The notes: generated by a model not told the origin, from the sequence alone. A stretch of DNA of 62,283 nucleotides, filler included, from Actinomycetota bacterium (GCA_013152275.1; 6 parts of 6 records of this genome joined end to end with filler, not necessarily neighbours in it), one strand, 5' to 3'; shown: positions 50,229 to 60,372, counted from the whole stretch's first letter. Made by a program: numbers and translations.

Positions 50229-51398
50229 ATGGAGACGTTGTTGAGGCGGCTGCCGGTCACGCAGCTCCGTTCTCTCGCCCGCTCGCTGGAGATCACCGGG
50301 CGCTCGAACATGCTGAAGGAGGATCTCGTCATCGCCGTTGCGCGAGCGCTCCGCTCCGCCGAGACGACCCGGCCGCATCTTTCCGTCCCGAAGCCTCGAG
50401 CGTCCGATCGACGCGATGCAGCCCAGGAACGGTTCGCGGAGATGGTCGATGGGGAGAGAATCTGCGACTTCTCCACCGCGGAGAGATTCATGTGTGGTTT
50501 GCCGGTCGTCAAAGGGGAACACCGATGTTCCCTGCACGGAGGAGTCGATATCTCGGACGTGTCGGTCCCCGCACTCGGAAGGCTCGGGTTCGACACGTGG
50601 CCGGCACTGATCCGGCACCTCCTCCTCGCCTCCTACGACATCGACGCACTCGGGCTCGATCCCGTCGTGGCAGAGATGGCCTGGCATCTTGGCAACTACC
50701 TCTACTACGACTACTTCCGTGTCGATGTGTCCGGAATCGATCGTGTACCGGTCACCGGCCCAGCGGTTCTCGCAGCAAACCATGGAGGCGCCGCCCTGCC
50801 GTACGACGGCCTCATGCTCTCTCTCGCCGTGGCCAACGAGTGCACCGTCCCTCGCCGGCTCCGGGTCGTCGCAACCGAGATCTTCAACATGCTTCCTGCA
50901 CTTTCACACCTGTACCGGAAAGCCGGAGCCGCGTTTGCGGCGCCGGAGGACGCGCGTTGGGTTCTGGACCACGGGCATCTCCTCGGTGTCTTCCCCGAAG
51001 GTGTTCGCGGCTTCCAGAAGCCGATGTCGGAGGCGTATCGGCTTCGCAGATTCGGCAGGGGCGGCTTTGTCCAGCTTGCCATGAGAACCGGCGCCCCGAT
51101 CGTGCCGGTAGCCATCGTCGGGTCCGAGGAAGTGCACCCTGCGCTCTTCACTTCCCGCAAGCTTGCGCAGCTCGTCCGTCTCGCCTTTCCCGAGCAACGC
51201 GTCGACGAGATCGCCGTATGGCTCAATCCGATTCCGCTCCCCGTCCACTGGCGGATCCACTTTCTTGCGCCCGTCGATCCCGGTCCGGCCACCGATCATC
51301 CCGATCGCATGGCCATCCTCGAGATCACCGAGCATGTCAGACGCACGATCCAAACAGAGATCGATCGCATCCTGTCCACACGAATCACCATCTTCTAG
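50229..51398 (+). CDS. PlsC-type acyltransferase (Rv0502-like) with N-terminal Rho-N-like and Cys/His domains
   Basis: ANHGGAALPYD, VFPEG, FGRGGF, APIVPVAIVGSEE; N-terminus LRSLARSLEITGRSNMLKEDL. Confidence 0.88.
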   Translation: METLLRRLPVTQLRSLARSLEITGRSNMLKEDLVIAVARALRSAETTRPHLSVPKPRASDRRDAAQERFAEMVDGERICDFSTAERFMCGLPVVKGEHRCSLHGGVDISDVSVPALGRLGFDTWPALIRHLLLASYDIDALGLDPVVAEMAWHLGNYLYYDYFRVDVSGIDRVPVTGPAVLAANHGGAALPYDGLMLSLAVANECTVPRRLRVVATEIFNMLPALSHLYRKAGAAFAAPEDARWVLDHGHLLGVFPEGVRGFQKPMSEAYRLRRFGRGGFVQLAMRTGAPIVPVAIVGSEEVHPALFTSRKLAQLVRLAFPEQRVDEIAVWLNPIPLPVHWRIHFLAPVDPGPATDHPDRMAILEITEHVRRTIQTEIDRILSTRITIF

Positions 51399-51439
51399 AC
51401 TGCTTGCAACAGTTAGCAGTTATGCCTATACTGTTAGCC

Positions 51440-51805
51440 ATGAGCAAAGGACCAAAGGAAGAGCGCCGGGGTGTCGATCTTGGTGCGTTCATACGTCAGC
51501 AGCGCGAACGGGCGAATATCTCGCTCCGCAAGCTGGCCGATCGCGCCGGAATCTCGAACCCCTATCTCAGCCAGATCGAACGCGGGCTGCGCAAGCCGTC
51601 CGCGGAGATCCTCAAGTCGATCGCTCGCGGGCTGTCGATCCAGGCCGAGTCGCTCTACCAACGGGCCGGTCTACTCGACGAGGGCTTCCATCCACCGTCG
51701 GTGGTCGAAGCCGTCGAGGCGGACCTTCAATTGAACCAGCGACAAAAGCGTGTACTCCTGGACATCTACCGAACCTACGTCCAGGAAGAGGAGGAACCAT
51801 CATGA
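51440..51805 (+). CDS. XRE-family HTH regulator (Rv0474-like)
   Basis: LGAFIRQQRERANISLRKLADRAGISNPYLSQIERGLRKPSAEIL. Confidence 0.93.
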   Translation: MSKGPKEERRGVDLGAFIRQQRERANISLRKLADRAGISNPYLSQIERGLRKPSAEILKSIARGLSIQAESLYQRAGLLDEGFHPPSVVEAVEADLQLNQRQKRVLLDIYRTYVQEEEEPS

Positions 51806-52326
51806 TCATCGAGACATCCAAGAAGGTGCTCTATGCGGCAGTCGGCGCACCGGTCGTCACGGCTCGCCGCTTCACCGAGCGGATCACCGACGTCTCGGGC
51901 AAGGTTCATGATCTTCGCGATCGGATGAACGAAGAGCTCACCAAGGAACTCGACGCCTGGGCCGTCGAGGGTGAGAAGCTCATCGAGCGAATCAGAGAAC
52001 GCGAAGGTGTCGAGGAACTCGTAGACGACCTCGCGGGACGTGTCGACCTCGATCAGATTCAAGAGCAGGTCGGCAAACTACGCGAGCACCTCGACGAGAT
52101 GCTGCAGTCGTGGCGGAGCTCTTTCCGTCCGACTCCCACGACACCACACAGGGTCGAGGTCGTGGAGGAACCCGCACCCGAGGCACCTGTAGCCAAGAAA
52201 CCGGCCGCAACCAAGGCATCCGCAGCCAAAAAGGCACCGGCCAAGAAACCGGCCGCAACCAAGGCGCCCGCAGCCAAGAAGGCACCGGCCAAGAAACCGG
52301 CCGCAACCAAGGCGCCCGCAGCCTGA
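51802..52326 (+). CDS. HBHA-like coiled-coil protein with AKKP-rich tail
   Basis: LYAAVGA N-terminal motif, coiled coil, repeated AKKPAATKA; follows Rv0474-like regulator as hbhA does. Confidence 0.72.
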   Translation: MIIETSKKVLYAAVGAPVVTARRFTERITDVSGKVHDLRDRMNEELTKELDAWAVEGEKLIERIREREGVEELVDDLAGRVDLDQIQEQVGKLREHLDEMLQSWRSSFRPTPTTPHRVEVVEEPAPEAPVAKKPAATKASAAKKAPAKKPAATKAPAAKKAPAKKPAATKAPAA

Positions 52327-52342
52327 ACCGAAGTTGGAGTTG

Positions 52343-52374
52343 CGGAAAGGGGAACCGGCGGGTTCCCCTTTCCG
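52343..52374 (+). terminator. Intrinsic terminator-like hairpin
   Basis: CGGAAAGGGGAACC-GGCG-GGTTCCCCTTTCCG. Confidence 0.8.
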
Positions 52375-52474
52375 NNNNNNNNNNNNNNNNNNNNNNNNNN
52401 NNNNNNNNNNNNNNNNNNTTAATTAATTAANNNNNNNNNNNNNNNNNNNNNNNNNNNNNNNNNNNNNNNNNNNN

Positions 52475-52556
52475 ATCGCCTCGAAGACTCGGCACTTCCC
52501 CCTGAGGGGGAAGAAAAGAGTGACGCCACCTCTTGCTTCCCCTGGCGGGGAAGGAA
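52475..52556. repeat. REP-like repeat
   Basis: ATCGCCTCGAAGACTCGGCACTTCCCCCTGAGGGGGAAG is the reverse complement of the unit at 56213-56251. Confidence 0.88.
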
Positions 52557-52558
52557 GA

Positions 52559-53338
52559 TCAGAAGGTGAAATGCTTGATCGGCTCGCCCTTCACGGCGAT
52601 CTCGGTCATGGCTTCGATCCCCAGGCTCAGGTGGGTATCCGTCCAGTTGCGGGTGACTTCCTGGTCGCTCTCTTCGGTCTTGACGCCCTCGGGGGTGGTC
52701 GGAACATCGGATACGAGCAGCAGGGCGCCACGGGCGATCTGATTGGCGTGGCCGACGATGAACAGGGTCGCGGTCTCCATGTCGATGGCGAGTGCCGTCA
52801 ACTCGTGGAGGCGGGTCAGGAACTTGTCGTCGTGCTCCCAGACCCGGCGGTTGGTCGTGTACACGACGCCGGTGCGGTACTCGTAGCCGTGTTCGGCGAG
52901 CTTGTCGGAGACGAACTTGTGCAGCTTGAACGAAGGGAGCGCCGGAACCTCGGGTGGGAAGTAGTCGTTGGACGTGCCTTCGCCCCTGATCGCTGCGATC
53001 GGGAGGATGAAATGTCCGATCTCGGTCGAGTGTTTGAGGCCGCCACACTTGCCGAGGAACAGAACACCTTTCGGATGGGCTGCGATGAGCAGATCCATGA
53101 TCGTGGCGGCGTTCGCCGTGCCGATGCCAAAGTTGACGATGGTGAGGCCGTCGTGGTTGGTGGCGGCCTGCATCGCGTGGTCCGTTCCCCTGACGGTGCA
53201 CCCGAACCGATCGGCGAATCGCTCGACGTAGGTGCGGAAGTTCGTCAGCAGGACGTAGTCGCCGAATCCGTCGAGTGGCATCCCGGTGTAGCGCGGCAGC
53301 CAGCTCCTGGCGATGCTCAGCTTGTCGAGCGACCCCAC
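52559..53338 (-). CDS. amn: AMP nucleosidase, short form
   Basis: WLPRYTG, LLTNF, NFGIGTANAATIMDLL, FLGKCGGL, AIDMETAT, LLVSD. Confidence 0.9.
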   Translation of the reverse strand: MGSLDKLSIARSWLPRYTGMPLDGFGDYVLLTNFRTYVERFADRFGCTVRGTDHAMQAATNHDGLTIVNFGIGTANAATIMDLLIAAHPKGVLFLGKCGGLKHSTEIGHFILPIAAIRGEGTSNDYFPPEVPALPSFKLHKFVSDKLAEHGYEYRTGVVYTTNRRVWEHDDKFLTRLHELTALAIDMETATLFIVGHANQIARGALLLVSDVPTTPEGVKTEESDQEVTRNWTDTHLSLGIEAMTEIAVKGEPIKHFTF

Positions 53339-53339
53339 G

Positions 53340-53612
53340 TCACTTCTTTCCCGACAGCAGGTTGAGGATGGCGACGAAGAGCGCGGCGCCGATGACCGCC
53401 CAGATCACCGGAAGGCCACCTGCGGTCGGTCCGAGGGGCAGCCCCAGTCTCGAGGCGAGCCAGCCACCCAGCAGGGCCCCTATGAATCCGAGAACGATCG
53501 AGGTCAGGCATCCCATCCCGCGACGGCCGGCCAGTCGTGCGCCGAAGGCACCGGCGATCGATGCGATGAAGAGTGCCCAGAGCAGGTTGAACGGGAAGAT
53601 CAGGCCGAGCAT
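53340..53612 (-). CDS. GlsB/YeaQ/YmgE family membrane protein
   Basis: GCLTSIVLGFIGALLGGWL, WAVIGAALFV. Confidence 0.88.
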   Translation of the reverse strand: MLGLIFPFNLLWALFIASIAGAFGARLAGRRGMGCLTSIVLGFIGALLGGWLASRLGLPLGPTAGGLPVIWAVIGAALFVAILNLLSGKK

Positions 53613-53652
53613 GAGCGCATTGTATCGAAAACACGCGCTGCGGCACCCCGGA

Positions 53653-54585
53653 TCAGAGCAGAGCCGCCAGGTCGAGATCGCAGGAAGGGTGGCGCAGCTT
53701 CGACAGCGCTCTCGCCTCGATCTGGCGGATCCGTTCCCGGGTGAGGTTCAAGAGCTTGCCGACATCGGACAAGGTGCGGGGGATGCCGTCGTCGAGTCCG
53801 TAGCGCAGGATCAGCACTTGGCGTTCGTGCTCGTCGAGGATGCGCAGGGCGTCACGCAGGTGAAGTCTTCGCATGACACCCACGGCGTAGCCGAACGGGT
53901 CCGGGGCGGTGCCGTCCACGACAAAGTCGCGCAGTTCCGCGTCACCGTCGTCACCGACCGGCCGATCCAGGGAAACGGTGTCGCCGGGGGCGGCTGCGGC
54001 GGCGGCGACACGGTCCAGTTCCAGGCCGCTCGCCTGCGCGATCTCGTCGGGGGTGGGGTGCCGGTGCAGGATCTCGGTGAGGGTCTGCTCGGTTTCTTGG
54101 ACGGTGCGCACGACGTCGACCATGTGGACGGGGAGTCGGATCGTTCGGGCCTGATTGCCGAGCCCCCGGGTGATCGCCTGGCGGATCCACCACGTGGCAT
54201 AGGTGGAGAACTTGAAGCCCTTGCGCCAGTCGAACTTCTCGACCGCCCTGATGAGGCCCAGATTCCCTTCCTGGATCAGGTCGAGGAGATCCAGTCCTCT
54301 TCCCGCGTACCGTTTGGCGATGGAGATGACCAGACGGAGATTGCAGCGGATGAACGTCATCTTGGCTTCGGCGCCCTCGTGGACGAGGCGATACAGGTGG
54401 GCGCGTTCCTCGGGTGTCAGCGGCTCGTCGTCGTCGAGGCGATGCTGGGCCTTGCGGCCCGCTTCCATCGTGCGTGAGAGGCGCACCTCGTCTTCTGCAG
54501 TGAGCAGATCGTGAGACGAGACTTCTTCCAGATACATCCCGACCGTGTCGTAGATCGGCACAGACAATCGTCGTGTCTTCGCCAC
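53653..54585 (-). CDS. Sigma-70 factor, RpoD/SigB-like (lacks region 1.1)
   Basis: NLRLVISIAKRY, DLIQEGNLGLIRAVEKFD, KFSTYATWWIRQ, TRERIRQIE. Confidence 0.95.
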   Translation of the reverse strand: MAKTRRLSVPIYDTVGMYLEEVSSHDLLTAEDEVRLSRTMEAGRKAQHRLDDDEPLTPEERAHLYRLVHEGAEAKMTFIRCNLRLVISIAKRYAGRGLDLLDLIQEGNLGLIRAVEKFDWRKGFKFSTYATWWIRQAITRGLGNQARTIRLPVHMVDVVRTVQETEQTLTEILHRHPTPDEIAQASGLELDRVAAAAAAPGDTVSLDRPVGDDGDAELRDFVVDGTAPDPFGYAVGVMRRLHLRDALRILDEHERQVLILRYGLDDGIPRTLSDVGKLLNLTRERIRQIEARALSKLRHPSCDLDLAALL

Positions 54586-54678
54586 AGCTTCTGGTCCCCC
54601 TGACGTCTCCAGAACAAGACAAAGGTACCACGAGGCGCCGACACGCTCAATTGGAACTGCCGCTGGAAGTTCAGACCG

Positions 54679-56193
54679 GTGTACCCTTCCTGCGTGCCGG
54701 GTTCATCTTCTCGTTTCTGGGTGCTTGTCTTCGCTCTTGCCATCGTTGTGGCAGGGTGCGCGTCCGTCGTGACGGTCGGCAGGAAGGTGTTCTCCAAACC
54801 AAAGCCGGTACCGGTCTCCGTTCTGGTTCTCGACACCGCAGGGAGCAGGATCTTCCGGGCGGATATCACCATCGCCGGGGAGTCTGTCGTGAACGGTGAG
54901 GAGTTCGGAGTGCTCCCGAACGACTTCCCGGTGGCGGTCACCGTCTCGGCCGAGGGATACCGTCCGGCGTCGCTGAGCGTGCCGGAACCTCCCGAAGCGC
55001 CCGTTCAGGTGCGGCTCGCACCTGTTGTGCTCGAGGGTCGCATCACCACGGAGTCGGGCGATGTGCTCTCGGACGCCACCGTTCGCCTGGGCGATCTCGG
55101 TGTGACGACCGGGGCCGACGGTGCGTTCGAGCTGCAGCCCGCCGTACCGGGGACGGTGACGGTCGAACGGCCGGCGTGGATGCCTGCCGAAGTCGAGTGG
55201 GATGGCACGGAGGCACCGCTCGAGATCACCCTCGAGCCTCGGGTCGTGCGTGCCACCCACGCGGTCATGTGGCTGCCAGGACGGGACCTGTGGGAACCGT
55301 TCCTCGACCTTGCGAGCCGGACCGAGATCAACGCGGTGGTCCTCGATATCAAGGATGAGTCGGGGTCGATCGCCCATCGATCCGAGGTTCCCCTCGCCCT
55401 CGACGTCGGTGCGGTGATCGGCTCGTACGCGTTGGATGACGCCGTCGGCGCCATCCACGAACGGGGCCTGTACGCGATCGGCAGGGTCGTCTCCTTCGAG
55501 GATCCGATCGTTGCGAAAGAGCGCACCGACCTCGCGATCCGGCGGGGATCGAAGCCGTACCGGCAGGGCGGCCAGGCGTTCCTCGATCCGACCGATCCCG
55601 AAGCCCGCCGCTACAACATCGACATCGCGGTCGAGGCCTGCAAGGCGGGTATCGACGAGATTCAGTTCGACTATGTGCGATTCCCGACAGGGATGACGGC
55701 CAAGATGTCACTCGACGGGGATGGTGTGTACGTCGGATCGAAAGGGCAAGCGGCGCGTCTCGCAGCGATCGGCGGTTTCCTTGCCGAAGCCAGGGAGGCT
55801 CTTCACCCGCTCGGCTGTGCCGTGTCTGCCGATGTCTTCGCCATCGTGCTGTCGACACAGAACGATCAGGGGATCGGTCAGCGTCCCGAGGAGATCGGGG
55901 CGGAGGTGGACGCTCTCTCGCCGATGATCTACCCGGATCACTACAGCGACGGATGGATCGGCTACGACAAGCCCGCGGATCATCCGTTCGAGGTGGTCGA
56001 CAAGGCGCTGGCCGACGGGACTCCGCGTATCGGACCGACCACGATCATGCGTCCATGGATCGCCGATTTCAACTATGGAGCCAAGAGCGTCCGGGCAGAA
56101 ATCGATGCGGTGGAGGGCTACGGCCTCGGATGGATGCTGTGGAACGCCGGCTCCCGGCACACCGAAGGAGCGCTGCTCCCCGCCGAGAAGTAG
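54679..56193 (+). CDS. Exported putative glycoside hydrolase (DUF4015-like) with carboxypeptidase-regulatory-like domains
   Basis: INAVVLDIKDESG, DEIQFDYVRFP, SADVF, GIGQ, SPMIYP.HY, WMLWN; lipobox-like VAGC. Confidence 0.85.
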   Translation: MYPSCVPGSSSRFWVLVFALAIVVAGCASVVTVGRKVFSKPKPVPVSVLVLDTAGSRIFRADITIAGESVVNGEEFGVLPNDFPVAVTVSAEGYRPASLSVPEPPEAPVQVRLAPVVLEGRITTESGDVLSDATVRLGDLGVTTGADGAFELQPAVPGTVTVERPAWMPAEVEWDGTEAPLEITLEPRVVRATHAVMWLPGRDLWEPFLDLASRTEINAVVLDIKDESGSIAHRSEVPLALDVGAVIGSYALDDAVGAIHERGLYAIGRVVSFEDPIVAKERTDLAIRRGSKPYRQGGQAFLDPTDPEARRYNIDIAVEACKAGIDEIQFDYVRFPTGMTAKMSLDGDGVYVGSKGQAARLAAIGGFLAEAREALHPLGCAVSADVFAIVLSTQNDQGIGQRPEEIGAEVDALSPMIYPDHYSDGWIGYDKPADHPFEVVDKALADGTPRIGPTTIMRPWIADFNYGAKSVRAEIDAVEGYGLGWMLWNAGSRHTEGALLPAEK

Positions 56194-56204
56194 CCACGGC
56201 CACC

Positions 56205-56400
56205 TCTCTTTCCTTCCCCCTCAGGGGGAAGTGCCGAGTCTTCGAGGCGATGGGGGTGTTCCCGCGGCCTCAGGGGGAAGTGGGCTCGGCGAGGGACGAG
56301 CCGAGGTCGATGGGGGTGTCCCCGCGTGGCGGCGGTGCAAGCGGCTCTACCCCATCCCTTCGCTCGGGTACTTCCCCTGCTAGGGGAAGGAAGAGATGGG
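56205..56400. repeat. Composite REP-like cluster (three units, last one inverted)
   Basis: CTTCCCCCTCAGGGGGAAGTG...GATGGGGGT x2 then CCCCATC...ACTTCCCCTGCTAGGGGAAG. Confidence 0.88.
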
Positions 56401-56465
56401 GGTGTTCTCGAGCCGGCTGGGCCGGAGTCCTGGAGGGGAAAGAAGACACGACCGCAAAGAGCCGC

Positions 56466-56497
56466 TTGACTTTCCAGCCGACTGGAAGGTGTACCGT
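56466..56497 (+). promoter_or_regulatory. MerR-family (CueR/ZntR-type) promoter-operator
   Basis: TTGACT-N20-TACCGT with dyad TTCCAG-CCGA-CTGGAA in the spacer, upstream of the Cu ATPase. Confidence 0.8.
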
Positions 56498-56569
56498 CGA
56501 CTCGTCGAGAACGAGACGGAACCGTCCGACCGTGAGGCGAGCGGGGCCCGTCCGACGAGAAAGGACATG

Positions 56570-59056
56570 ATGATGAGAGATCCGGTATGTGGGATGCACG
56601 TGAGCGCAGGTTCGCTCACCGTGGACGGCCATGCGGATGTCGCGTTCTGCTCCGAGCATTGCCGGAGCGCGTTCGCTGCCGATCCTGAGCGCTACGTCGG
56701 GGTCGGCAACGGCGAGGATGACGACGAGGAGGAAGACGAGCCCGCCGGCCATGGGCACGAGCCCGCCGGCCATGGGCACGAGCCCGGCGGGCACGAGTCT
56801 GCCGCTCGAGAAACGGTCCACTTGGCGATCGGCGGGATGACGTGTGCGTCATGCGTCGCGACGATCGAGCAGGCCCTGAGTTCGACGCCGGGTGTCATCG
56901 ATGCCCGGGTGAACTTCGCCACCGAGGAGGCGACCGTCGACGTGGAGGCGGTCCCGGTCGGCGTGCTCACCGCCGTGGTGGCCGACGCCGGCTACTCGGC
57001 GAGGCCCGTCACAGACGATGACGACCCGGACGCGGAAACCGAGGCGAGAGAGCGCCTGTATCGATCTCTGCTCCGGAAGTTCTGGTTCGCGGCGATCGTC
57101 GCCCTGCCGGTCATGTACTTCTCGTATCCGGAGCTGTTCCCAGGTATCCCGGCGAAAGGCTCGGCGGCGCTGAACGTCATCTGGGGTGCGATGGCACTCG
57201 TGACGATACCGGTGCTGCTGTGGGCCGGCTCGCAGTTCTTCACCGGGGCGTGGGCGGCCCTCAAGCACCGCTCGGCGAACATGTACACGCTCATCGCCAC
57301 CGGCATCTCTGCCGCATGGCTCTATTCGACGGCGGCGCTGCTCTTTCCGGGGCTCTTCCCCGAGGAGCGGCTTCGTGACGTGTTCTTCGACGTCACCGCC
57401 GTGGTCACCGCCCTGGTGGTCTTGGGGATGGCACTCGAGATTCGGGCTCGCGCCAAGACGTCGGAGGCGCTGAAGAAACTGATCGGCATGCAGGCGAAGA
57501 CCGCCCGGGTACTCCGTGGGGGCGAAGAGATCGATATCCCGATCGAGGATGTCGTTGTCGGCGACACGATCGTGGTTCGGCCCGGGGAGAAGATCCCCGT
57601 CGACGGCCAGGTACTCGGCGGCGCATCCGTCGTCGACGAGTCGATGGTCACCGGCGAACCGATCCCGGTCGAGAAGACACGAGGTGACCCGGTGATCGGG
57701 GCCACCATCAACAAGACCGGCAGCTTCCGGTTCGAGGCCACCCGCGTGGGCAAGGACACGATGCTGTCCCAGATCATCCAGATGGTCCGCGACGCCCAGG
57801 GTTCGAAGGCGCCGATCCAGCGCACCGTGGACAAGGTGGCGAGCTACTTCGTTCCCGCTGTGATGATCGTCGCCGTGCTGACCTTCATGGTCTGGTACAC
57901 GTTCGGTCCGTCTCCGGCGCTGCTGTACGCCGTGATCACCACCGTGACCGTGCTGGTCATCGCGTGCCCCTGCGCCTTGGGCCTGGCGACCCCGACGTCG
58001 TTGATGGTCGGGATCGGCAAGGGCGCCGAGAACGGCATCCTGATCAAGTCCGGCGACGCGTTGGAAACCGCACACCGGATCACGACCGTGGTGCTCGACA
58101 AGACCGGGACCGTGACGCGCGGCGAGCCGTCGCTCACCGATGTGATCATCCTCGGATCGGTCGACGAGGACACCCTGCTGGCGCTGGCCGCTTCGGCGGA
58201 ACGAGCGTCGGAGCATCCTCTCGGTGAGGCGATCGTCGCCGGCGCCCGGAGCCGGCAACTCGCCCTCGACGACCCCGACACGTTCCTGGCGACACCCGGT
58301 CACGGCATCGCCGCGACCGTCGACGGGCGCCGTGTCATCCTCGGCAACCTCAAGTTCATGGCCGATCAGGGCGTGGGAGCCGGAGCCGCCGAGGCCGTCC
58401 TGGAACGTCTCGCCGACGAAGGCAAGACCGCCATGGTGGTCGGTGTCGACGGTGAGCTCGCCGGGATCGTCGCGGTGGCCGACACCATCAAGGACGACTC
58501 GGTCGCCGCGATCCGCCGGATGCACCGGCTTGGCCTCGAGGTGGTGATGTTGACCGGCGACAACGTGCGCACGGCCAAGGCCATCGGCGCCGTGGTGGGG
58601 ATCGATCGGATCCTTGCCGAGGTCCTCCCGGAGGACAAGGCCCACGAGGTCGCCAAGTTGCAGGCCGAAGGCAAGGTCGTCGCGATGGTCGGCGACGGGA
58701 TCAACGACGCACCCGCGCTCGCCCAGGCGGATGTGGGCCTGGCGATGGGGACCGGCACCGACGTCGCCATGGAGTCCGGCGATATCACCCTCGTGAAGGG
58801 AAGCCTGACCGGGGTGGTGACCGCCATCGAGCTGTCGCAGGCGACGATGCGCAACATCCACCAGAACCTGGTCGGAGCGTTCGCGTACAACTCGCTTGGG
58901 ATACCGATCGCCGCCGGAGTGTTCTTTCCCTTCTTCGGGCTGCTGCTGAGCCCGCTGCTCGCCGGGGCCGCCATGGCGTTCTCGTCGGTGACGGTGGTCT
59001 CCAACGCCAACCGGCTGCGCCGCTGGCGGCCCTCTCTCGCAAAGGAGACAGTGTGA
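56570..59056 (+). CDS. copA: Cu(I)-translocating P1B-1 ATPase with YHS, His-rich linker and HMA domain
   Basis: [48 protein letters not shown] and MAFSS. Confidence 0.95.
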   Translation: MMRDPVCGMHVSAGSLTVDGHADVAFCSEHCRSAFAADPERYVGVGNGEDDDEEEDEPAGHGHEPAGHGHEPGGHESAARETVHLAIGGMTCASCVATIEQALSSTPGVIDARVNFATEEATVDVEAVPVGVLTAVVADAGYSARPVTDDDDPDAETEARERLYRSLLRKFWFAAIVALPVMYFSYPELFPGIPAKGSAALNVIWGAMALVTIPVLLWAGSQFFTGAWAALKHRSANMYTLIATGISAAWLYSTAALLFPGLFPEERLRDVFFDVTAVVTALVVLGMALEIRARAKTSEALKKLIGMQAKTARVLRGGEEIDIPIEDVVVGDTIVVRPGEKIPVDGQVLGGASVVDESMVTGEPIPVEKTRGDPVIGATINKTGSFRFEATRVGKDTMLSQIIQMVRDAQGSKAPIQRTVDKVASYFVPAVMIVAVLTFMVWYTFGPSPALLYAVITTVTVLVIACPCALGLATPTSLMVGIGKGAENGILIKSGDALETAHRITTVVLDKTGTVTRGEPSLTDVIILGSVDEDTLLALAASAERASEHPLGEAIVAGARSRQLALDDPDTFLATPGHGIAATVDGRRVILGNLKFMADQGVGAGAAEAVLERLADEGKTAMVVGVDGELAGIVAVADTIKDDSVAAIRRMHRLGLEVVMLTGDNVRTAKAIGAVVGIDRILAEVLPEDKAHEVAKLQAEGKVVAMVGDGINDAPALAQADVGLAMGTGTDVAMESGDITLVKGSLTGVVTAIELSQATMRNIHQNLVGAFAYNSLGIPIAAGVFFPFFGLLLSPLLAGAAMAFSSVTVVSNANRLRRWRPSLAKETV

Positions 59057-59427
59057 TGGATATCGTCATCGTCGACCTGGCCGGACTCGGCCTCATCGGA
59101 CTGATCGTCTGGTACTTCTGGCTCTCGTCCAGCTCGGGCACGGCCGCCGCGGTGACGACCGGTGGCGTGCAGGAGACCAGAGTGGTCGTCAAGGGCGGCT
59201 ACTCGCCCGACACGATCCGGGTTCGGGCCGGCCGCCCGGTCAGGCTCGTCTTCGACCGTCGCGAGGCCGACCCTTGCTCGGAGCGTGTCGTCTTCGACGC
59301 GTTCGGCCTGTCCGCCGACCTGCCGACGGGCACCGAGGTGCCGGTCGAGTTCACGCCCGCCGAACCCGGTGAATACGACTTCGCCTGCCAGATGGGCATG
59401 CTGCGGGGAAAGGTCATCGCAACATGA
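59056..59427 (+). CDS. Membrane-anchored cupredoxin-domain protein (CupA-like)
   Basis: TM helix, GGYSPD, F.R....CSE, GEYDFACQMGMLRG. Confidence 0.9.
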   Translation: MDIVIVDLAGLGLIGLIVWYFWLSSSSGTAAAVTTGGVQETRVVVKGGYSPDTIRVRAGRPVRLVFDRREADPCSERVVFDAFGLSADLPTGTEVPVEFTPAEPGEYDFACQMGMLRGKVIAT

Positions 59428-59703
59428 GAGCCACGGAATCGAATCCACGCTCCACGTCCGGGTGGGAGATGGCCTGCGCCTGGTGCCCTCCGGAGGACTC
59501 ACCGTTCCTCGGCGGAACGCCCGAGCGGCGCGGCGATGCAGACACGTTCGTGAGTGCCACCGCCGAAGGTTCCATCACAGGGACCCGTCGACGATGGCGG
59601 ATCATCCGGTGGCCGTATTCGTGACGTGCCGGTCACCCTTGGCGGCGTCGCGGCGCACACCGATGCCGGATCGGCCCGGCTTCCACGGCGCGGAGAGACG
59701 CTG

Positions 59704-60249
59704 ATGTCCACCGAAGCGCCTGGCCGCGCGGTTCCCGACCGTGGCGCCAAGCCACGCTCGGGGGACAGGTGGCGCGCCGGGCTCGCGGCCTTGGCGGTCG
59801 CTGCGGGCGCGTTGGCGATCGACCAGGCGACCAAGGCCGTCGCAGAGGTGGCCCTGGCATCGGGACCCGTCCACGTGGGGATCCTTCACCTTCGTCTGGT
59901 CGCGAATCGGGGGATCCTCCTGGGACTGATCGTGCTACCGATCTGGCTGCTCACGCTGGTTGTGTTGACGGTCGTCGCCGCGGCGCTGCGAGCCGTCTGG
60001 CGCGGAGGCATCTACCAGTCGATGGTGTATGCCCTGCTGAGCGGCGGGGCGATGGGGAACCTGCTCGATCGGTACCTCCACCGGACGGCGTTTCCGCCGC
60101 ATGCGGTCGTGGACTGGTTGTCGTTCGGTGGGATGACGTTCAACCTGGCAGATGTGTTCGTCGTCGCCGCTGCCGTGCTGCTGCTGCTCGGTCAGGAGTC
60201 TGGTGAGCAGGTCGAGGCGGGCGGCGCCGGCGTTCCCCCTGGTGGCTGA
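59704..60249 (+). CDS. lspA: Signal peptidase II
   Basis: DQATK, NRG, GGAMGNLLDR, VVDW, FNLAD. Confidence 0.9.
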   Translation: MSTEAPGRAVPDRGAKPRSGDRWRAGLAALAVAAGALAIDQATKAVAEVALASGPVHVGILHLRLVANRGILLGLIVLPIWLLTLVVLTVVAAALRAVWRGGIYQSMVYALLSGGAMGNLLDRYLHRTAFPPHAVVDWLSFGGMTFNLADVFVVAAAVLLLLGQESGEQVEAGGAGVPPGG

Positions 60250-60372
60250 GCGCCAGCGGAACGGTCATGGGCCACCGATCCCACCCGCTCTTGGTCCGAT
60301 GAGGACCATACGGCGGTTGCCGGCGGGTGTGGGCTGCATCCCAGGCGGCGGACGTGCGGCGCCGGCAGGTGC

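Noticed and set aside
48018..50783. 921-aa ORF as a giant DAHP synthase fusion
   Set aside because: Only the last ~337 aa are AroF; the rest is antisense to real plus-strand genes
50186..51805. 539-aa ORF and 387-aa ORF (51163-52326)
   Set aside because: Real genes start at 51440 and 51802; upstream parts are off-frame overlaps of neighbouring genes
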